NCBI GenBank assembly: GCA_050014495.1
Contig: JBEKDF010000009.1
Location: forward strand, 22,850-86,849
DNA from: Candidatus Bathyarchaeia archaeon
GTDB taxonomy: Archaea > Thermoproteota > Bathyarchaeia > TCS64
DNA length: 64,000 bases
Reading direction: 5' to 3'
Shown here: positions 59,124 to 64,000 of the stretch, in pieces
Numbering within the stretch: the stretch's first letter is position 1
Layout of the letters: each line of letters starts with the position of its first letter
Program-made: the position numbers and the translations under genes
The notes under the pieces: generated by a model
Database searches by the model: none
Told to the model about the DNA's origin: nothing
Seen by the model: only the letters and a program-made list of their open reading frames with translations

Positions 59124-59750
59124 TTATTCTGGCTCAGTCTCTTGACGATCATTTGTACTTGTTGGCTTGTTGAAAAATGTCTTGTTCATTAAATTAGTGA
59201 TATGCGTAATTATTGGTATGATCGTGATGTTGGTTAGACCCAGAATCAGGTAACCCAAAGCATTAGTAAATTGTGCATTTTGCTTTTCTTGTAGATAATC
59301 TAAGGATTTAATATGCACAATATCAGGGAATGAAAAATTGACGGCATTTTCAGAAAATGCTAAGTCACTCAATACTGTAACGTTTACTCCATAGGCGCCT
59401 TCGTGAGTAAACACCATGTAGACCTTCGTCGAATATGGCGTTGTTTTATTTGTGTTCACATTAAGATAGGCATTATAGTCCCAGCTATTGGTCCAAGCCC
59501 ACTGTTCCTCCATAGTCCAACAATCAGGAAATCTGACCATTACCGATGCGGTTTCGTTACCTTGGAGTAAGTTTGGTTGAACTCTAATGTCCGCTGTAAT
59601 AACGTCTCCAATTACGAAAGCCTGTGTAGGAGTAAAGGTAATTTGTATTTTTCCAACTGATGCGCCTGCTTTTGGAGTCAGTTCCGCAACAAATGGTGAG
59701 CTTAAATCTGGTTGGGGTTTAGAAATAGAGCTCTTTTTCTCGCTGAACAC
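59124..59750 (-). CDS. Low-GC hypothetical protein: beta-rich domain plus C-terminal TM helix, possibly 5'-truncated
   Basis: AT-rich ORF whose stop lies 3 nt from (GC)5 at 59111-59120. Confidence 0.5.
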   Translation of the reverse strand: MFSEKKSSISKPQPDLSSPFVAELTPKAGASVGKIQITFTPTQAFVIGDVITADIRVQPNLLQGNETASVMVRFPDCWTMEEQWAWTNSWDYNAYLNVNTNKTTPYSTKVYMVFTHEGAYGVNVTVLSDLAFSENAVNFSFPDIVHIKSLDYLQEKQNAQFTNALGYLILGLTNITIIPIITHITNLMNKTFFNKPTSTNDRQETEPE

Positions 59751-60045
59751 AGTATGGGATTCAAGTTGGACCTAAACGACGAGAGTTCTGAAGGAGTATA
59801 TTCGCTCTCCTCGACCGTGGGGACTCCGTTTCCGATGTAGCTGATAAGCTGAAGATTGATCTGACTCTGGCTTGGGCTCTAGGAGGAGACCGGACCTCTG
59901 GCTGGTCACCAGATAAAATTGCAGAAATACCGTCGGTATCGTCGGCGACGGGGCTCCGCCGTGAGCCGGGGGTCCTCCTCGTCGCGTCCACGTGACGGAA
60001 GCGCCTGTAGAGGTAGGGGCTCTGAAGCCTCGTACCCATCGAGGG

Positions 60046-60282
60046 CTATGGGCGGCGACCGGTCTCTCCTGACGTGCCGCACCGGGTGCAGCGCCAAGCC
60101 CCGCCGGTCCACTCGAAGAGCCAACGCCCATGGCAGCCCCCGCACAGGATCTCCCTCAGCCACCCGGCCCACCGGCAGCCAGGGCAGCGGGCCCGGTACT
60201 CGACGACGTGGAGGCCGTCGACGCGGCGGAGGATCAGCTCCCCGCCACAGGCGGGGCAGGCGGGCGACGTCGAGGTGTCCAC
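60046..60282 (-). CDS. Small multi-CxxC zinc-ribbon protein
   Basis: CPACGG, CPGC, CGGC and CTRCG; GTG start after SD GGGGTGA. Confidence 0.55.
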   Translation of the reverse strand: MDTSTSPACPACGGELILRRVDGLHVVEYRARCPGCRWAGWLREILCGGCHGRWLFEWTGGAWRCTRCGTSGETGRRP

Positions 60283-60283
60283 C

Positions 60284-61331
60284 TCACCCCTCCACCTGTG
60301 CCCCGGCCCCGATGACTTGGTCAACCTCCAGGCCCCGCCTTTCCCACGTCCTGACACCGTCTTGACGGGTCCTCGGGCGCCCAGATGGGACCTCCGGTTC
60401 AAGGATGTCCTTGAGCCCCCTGTAGTGGTTCCTGATGGTGACCTCGGTGACGCCGGCTGCGTCTGTGATCATCTTCTGGGTTCTCTTCTCGTTCATCATC
60501 TGGCAGGCGATGTAGAGGGCCGCGGCGGCGAGCCCCATAGGGCCCTTGCCCGCCGTGGTCTTGAGCTTCCCCGCCCTCCTGAGTATCTCGACCGCCTTCT
60601 GCTGGGTCTTCTCGCCCACGCCGACCTTGGTGGCTATCTTAGGGACCCCTAGCTGGGCGTCGGGGATGGGCATCTGCATGCTCAGCTCCCTGAGTATGAG
60701 CCTGTAGCAGCGGGCGATGTCCTTCTTGTCTATTGTGCTTACCCTGGTTATCTCCCGTAGGGTCCTCGGAGTCTGGGTCATCCTGCACGCGGCGTACAGG
60801 GCGGCCGCGGCGATGGTGGATATGCTCCGCCCCCGGACTAGGCCCTGGTTGAGGGCCTTACGGTAGATGATGGCTGCCTTCTCCTTTATCGTCGGCGGTA
60901 TGTGGAGCTTATCCGATAGCCTGTCGAGCTCCGCCATCGCCTGTGCGAGGTTCCGGTCCGTGGAGCTGTGGACGCTGGACCTTACCTGCCACTTCCTGAG
61001 CCTGAGCATCTGGAGCCTCGTGTTGAGGGGAGTGTTCCTGCCGTAGGCGTCCTTGTCGACGTGGCCTATGACGGTGGCGAGGCCATTATCGTGGACGGCG
61101 AAGCTGAGGGGGGGCGCCGACCCTGTTACGGGTCTCCTCTTCGCCGGGTGTGAAGGCCCTCCACTCCGGGCCGAGGCTGATCGTGGACTCGCGTAGGACT
61201 AGGCCGCACGCGCCGCAGATCACCTCCCCGGTACCTCCGTCGTAGACGATGTTCCCGCCGCCGCACTCCGGGCAGACATCATCTTCGACGGGGATGCCCC
61301 TCTCCTTCGATATAATCGTCCTTCCTCTCAC
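60284..61331 (-). pseudogene. tfb: Transcription factor B, frameshifted
   Basis: Zn ribbon CPECG..CGACG, GPEWRAF and cyclin repeats (GRSI..IAAAALY; AGVTEVTIRN); +1 frameshift in G7 at 61108-61114; aberrant C-terminal tail. Confidence 0.85.
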
Positions 61332-61334
61332 TCC

Positions 61335-62555
61335 CTAGATCTGATTCGTCCTGGAATCCGGGGCTTCACCCCTGGATCCAGGTTCCTTAGGCCCCGGTTC
61401 TCCTCCCTTCTCATGGGTCTCACCTCCTCCCGGCTCGGGTTCTGGCCCCTCGAACCAGACGATGAGGAGGCCCTCTTCGGCGTTGAAGTAGGTTCGGCCT
61501 GTGATGCCCTTCTCTGCGAGCGTGGCCAGGGCCTCGTCGATAGCCTCGGGCCTGTTAGTAGCGCCTATGACTATGACGTGGCCCCTGCTCTTCAAGCCAT
61601 CCATGCTAGCGAGGAGCTGGGCGACGACGCGGCGCTCAACCTCTCCGGTGACCTCGCTCCTTTTCGGCGCGATGGCGTCTATCTCGTCGATGAACAGGAT
61701 GCTGGGAGCGTTCTTCTCGGCGTTCTCGAACATCTTCCTTAGATTGCCTTCGGACTCGCCGTAGAACTTGCTCATGATCTCGGGGCCGTTTATCGCGTAG
61801 AAGTTGGCGTCTGACTCGTTAGCGACTGCGCGGACCAGGAGCGTCTTACCACAACCGGGCGGGCCGTGGAGCAGCACACCCTTCGGCGGGTCTATGCCTA
61901 GGCGCTGGAATATCTCCGGGTGCCTCAGCGGCAGCTCCACCATCTCCCTTATGCGCCGGATCTCCTCTTTCAGGCCGCCGATGTCCTCATATGTGGTCCG
62001 GCTCGTCATCTCCATCTCGGGAACCGGTTCGCCTAAAATCTGAATCTCCGAGGTAGGAGAGATCTTGACGATCCCAGCTGGCCGCGTGTTGACTACCAAG
62101 AAGGGCACCGAGTGGCCGAGCATCATGATGAGCAGCGTGTCGCCACGCATCGCGGGGCGGTCGATGAGGCGGTCCTTCACGAAGCGTATGAAGTCGTTGT
62201 CCACGCTTATCCTGATGTCAACCGGCGAGAGCTTCACCGAGGCGGCGTACTCCGCCTCGGCCCTCTTGACGTCGACGAACTCGTTGATGCTCACGTTGCA
62301 GTTCTTCCGGATGAAGCCGTCGATGCGCAGGAGGCTGAGTCCCTGGTCCTCTGGGTAAGCTGGCCAAGCCTTCGCCGCGGTGGACTTCTTGCCGACGATC
62401 TCGACGACATCGCCTACGGTGACACCGAGGGTCTTCATCGTCTCAGAGTCCATGCGCGCGATGCTTCGGCCGACGTCTCTCTGCTGCTTCGCTTCGGCTA
62501 CTTTCAACTTTATGCTGCTCAAAGGGTCCACCTGGAGGTGTTTCTCGGCTTTCAA
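61335..62555 (-). pseudogene. cdc48: Truncated Cdc48/VAT (N domain plus incomplete D1) with an unrelated tail
   Basis: [22 protein letters not shown] and [13 protein letters not shown], then diverges before the RRPGRFD Arg finger; no D2. Confidence 0.85.
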
Positions 62556-62640
62556 GCTAGGTCTTAATCAATATAAGATTTAGTTTGTTATCCGTCTTTA
62601 TGAGTGTGTACGCATCCTTGTTTTTCATCACGTCACGCGC

Positions 62641-63110
62641 TCCTATGAAAACATTTCCAGAGCACACGGTGCCCGGGCAGCATCCACTTAGTTCCGCTGG
62701 CCATCATACGCTCTCTTACCCATGTTCTTAAGTTTTCTCTCCGTCAACCCCCTATCCTCGCCCCTGTAAGGCTCCTCACTCACCAGCATGAAGAACATGA
62801 TCCGAGCCATCTCGCGAGCCACAGCCACCACGGCGCACCCAGCGGCCCTACGCCTCGACACCCACTCATACAGCCCACGGAACCGGGGATCATACCGCAC
62901 AGCAGCCTGAGCAGACTCCACCATCGCCCACCTCAGCCTCTTGTTACCCGGACCGGAGACCCCTCCGATTCGGGTCCTCTCCCAGGACTGGTGGACCGAG
63001 GGCGCTAGTCCCATCCACGACGCGAAGGCCTTGTCGTTATGGAACCTGCCGATGTCGCCGGCTTCGGAGAGGATCAGCGCCGCGGTGAAGTAGCCGACAC
63101 CCGTCATCAC
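62641..63110 (-). mobile_element. IS110-family remnant (C-terminal transposase domain plus 3' end)
   Basis: GVG..TA..ILSE.GD..RF...ASW.GLAP...QS, GNKRLR and VAVAR; 5'-truncated at CGCGCGCGC. Confidence 0.85.
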
Positions 63111-63268
63111 GCGCGCGCCTTAAGGTAACTGATTGATTCTCTTAGCTTCTCGATCTTTACCCTAACGAAGATCCGTTTATCGCGAGGGGTCTTTATCTCA
63201 AGGACATTCTCCTTGCCTATGGTTTCCTTTAGCCTCTCGACGGTTCTCAAGTTCTCCTCAGAGTAGCT
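63111..63268 (-). pseudogene. N-terminal remnant of a NuoC/group-4 hydrogenase subunit-like gene
   Basis: MSYSEENLRTVERLKETIG..V.EIKTPRDKRIFVRV...LRE.I.YLK, cut at GCGCGCG. Confidence 0.5.
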
Positions 63269-63331
63269 CATATCATTCACCCTAGTACCCTGCACTCACC
63301 AACAACTTGACAACACCATCGAGCGCGCGCT

Positions 63332-64000
63332 GGCTCGTCCCTAAAATAGGCACACACCCAACAATCCTTCAATGAAATGAGCAAAACCATCAGACAAACG
63401 ACTCAACCACAAATCAACCAGCCAAACCAAACCCACAGCCAGCATAGCAACCCCCAGAAAATGAACGAATCCACGCAGACAGACAGAGCACCCACTAACC
63501 ACACCACCACGCAGACCCGAGACCAAGCCCTCACACGTTGAAGTCGGAGACAACGCCTTATCCGGCCTACCCATGTTCTCCGCCGCCTCCCTGTTCAACA
63601 CAAGGCACAGCACACTCAGCAACGCGTAGACCCCAACGTATAGCAGACCCCTCACCCTATTCACCGTCAACCCGAACTGGGTCTTCACGAAGGCAAACGA
63701 GGCCTCCACCGCCGGACGCCTACGGTACACTTCCACCAGATCCTCCGGGCCATGAGTTCGGAACAACCTGTCCACACGCAGCACTTCCTCACCCCGCCTC
63801 TGGTTGGCCATGTAGGGGATCACCGCGTGCTCAACGAGGCCCCTGACCTTAGCGCTGCTGTACTGGCTGTCCGCGATCAGGCTCCTGAGCCTAGCCCCAG
63901 CCTTCCCAAGCACCATTCGGGTCCTCTCCACCAGCGATGACGCGTGCCTCTTCTCGTTCTCGTTCGCCGGAGCCAGCACGCTGGCAAGCGGCAGGATGCG
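63332..64000 (-). mobile_element. IS5/IS1182-like DDE insertion sequence (3' part, runs off the window)
   Basis: ADSQYSS and YRRRPAVEASF..VK..FGL...RVRG; apparent C-terminal frameshift; putative terminal IR GGCTCGTCCCTAAAATAGG. Confidence 0.75.

Noticed and set aside
59761..60652. Several Arg/Pro-rich ORFs
   Set aside because: Artefacts of high GC; only the CxxC ORF and tfb have motifs
63341..63530. Hydrophobic C-terminal tail on the transposase
   Set aside because: Probably read-through into the non-coding IS end after a frameshift near SPT/FNV*

Overview
Archaeal chromosomal window (Cbf5, Alba, TFB, Cdc48, archaeosortase, archaeal tRNA with TATA box). The gene content suggests Bathyarchaeia, but that is inference. 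From left to right: (1) the right end of an element integrated at tRNA-Gln(TTG), whose tyrosine integrase reads into the tRNA; (2) housekeeping genes plus a CARF-wHTH regulator facing a redoxin-nrdD operon; (3) an unannotated ~132-nt K-turn structured RNA; (4) a ~27-kb redox cluster with fumarase, a fumarate reductase flavoprotein and FeS subunit, malic enzyme, four HdrBC pairs, four HdrA-type ORFs, MvhADG hydrogenase with its protease, and a lipoyl-carrier protein with its ligase, suggesting an H2 -> lipoyl-disulfide -> fumarate bifurcation circuit; (5) a string of solitary oxidoreductase and hydrolase genes; (6) a 2-kb tract of short DNA-motif arrays around two small putative DNA-binding proteins; (7) a GC-rich broken cdc48/tfb block and IS debris. 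Across the window, (CG)n tracts recur at the breakpoints of truncated genes and at IS ends. All calls come from motif recognition by eye; no searches were run.
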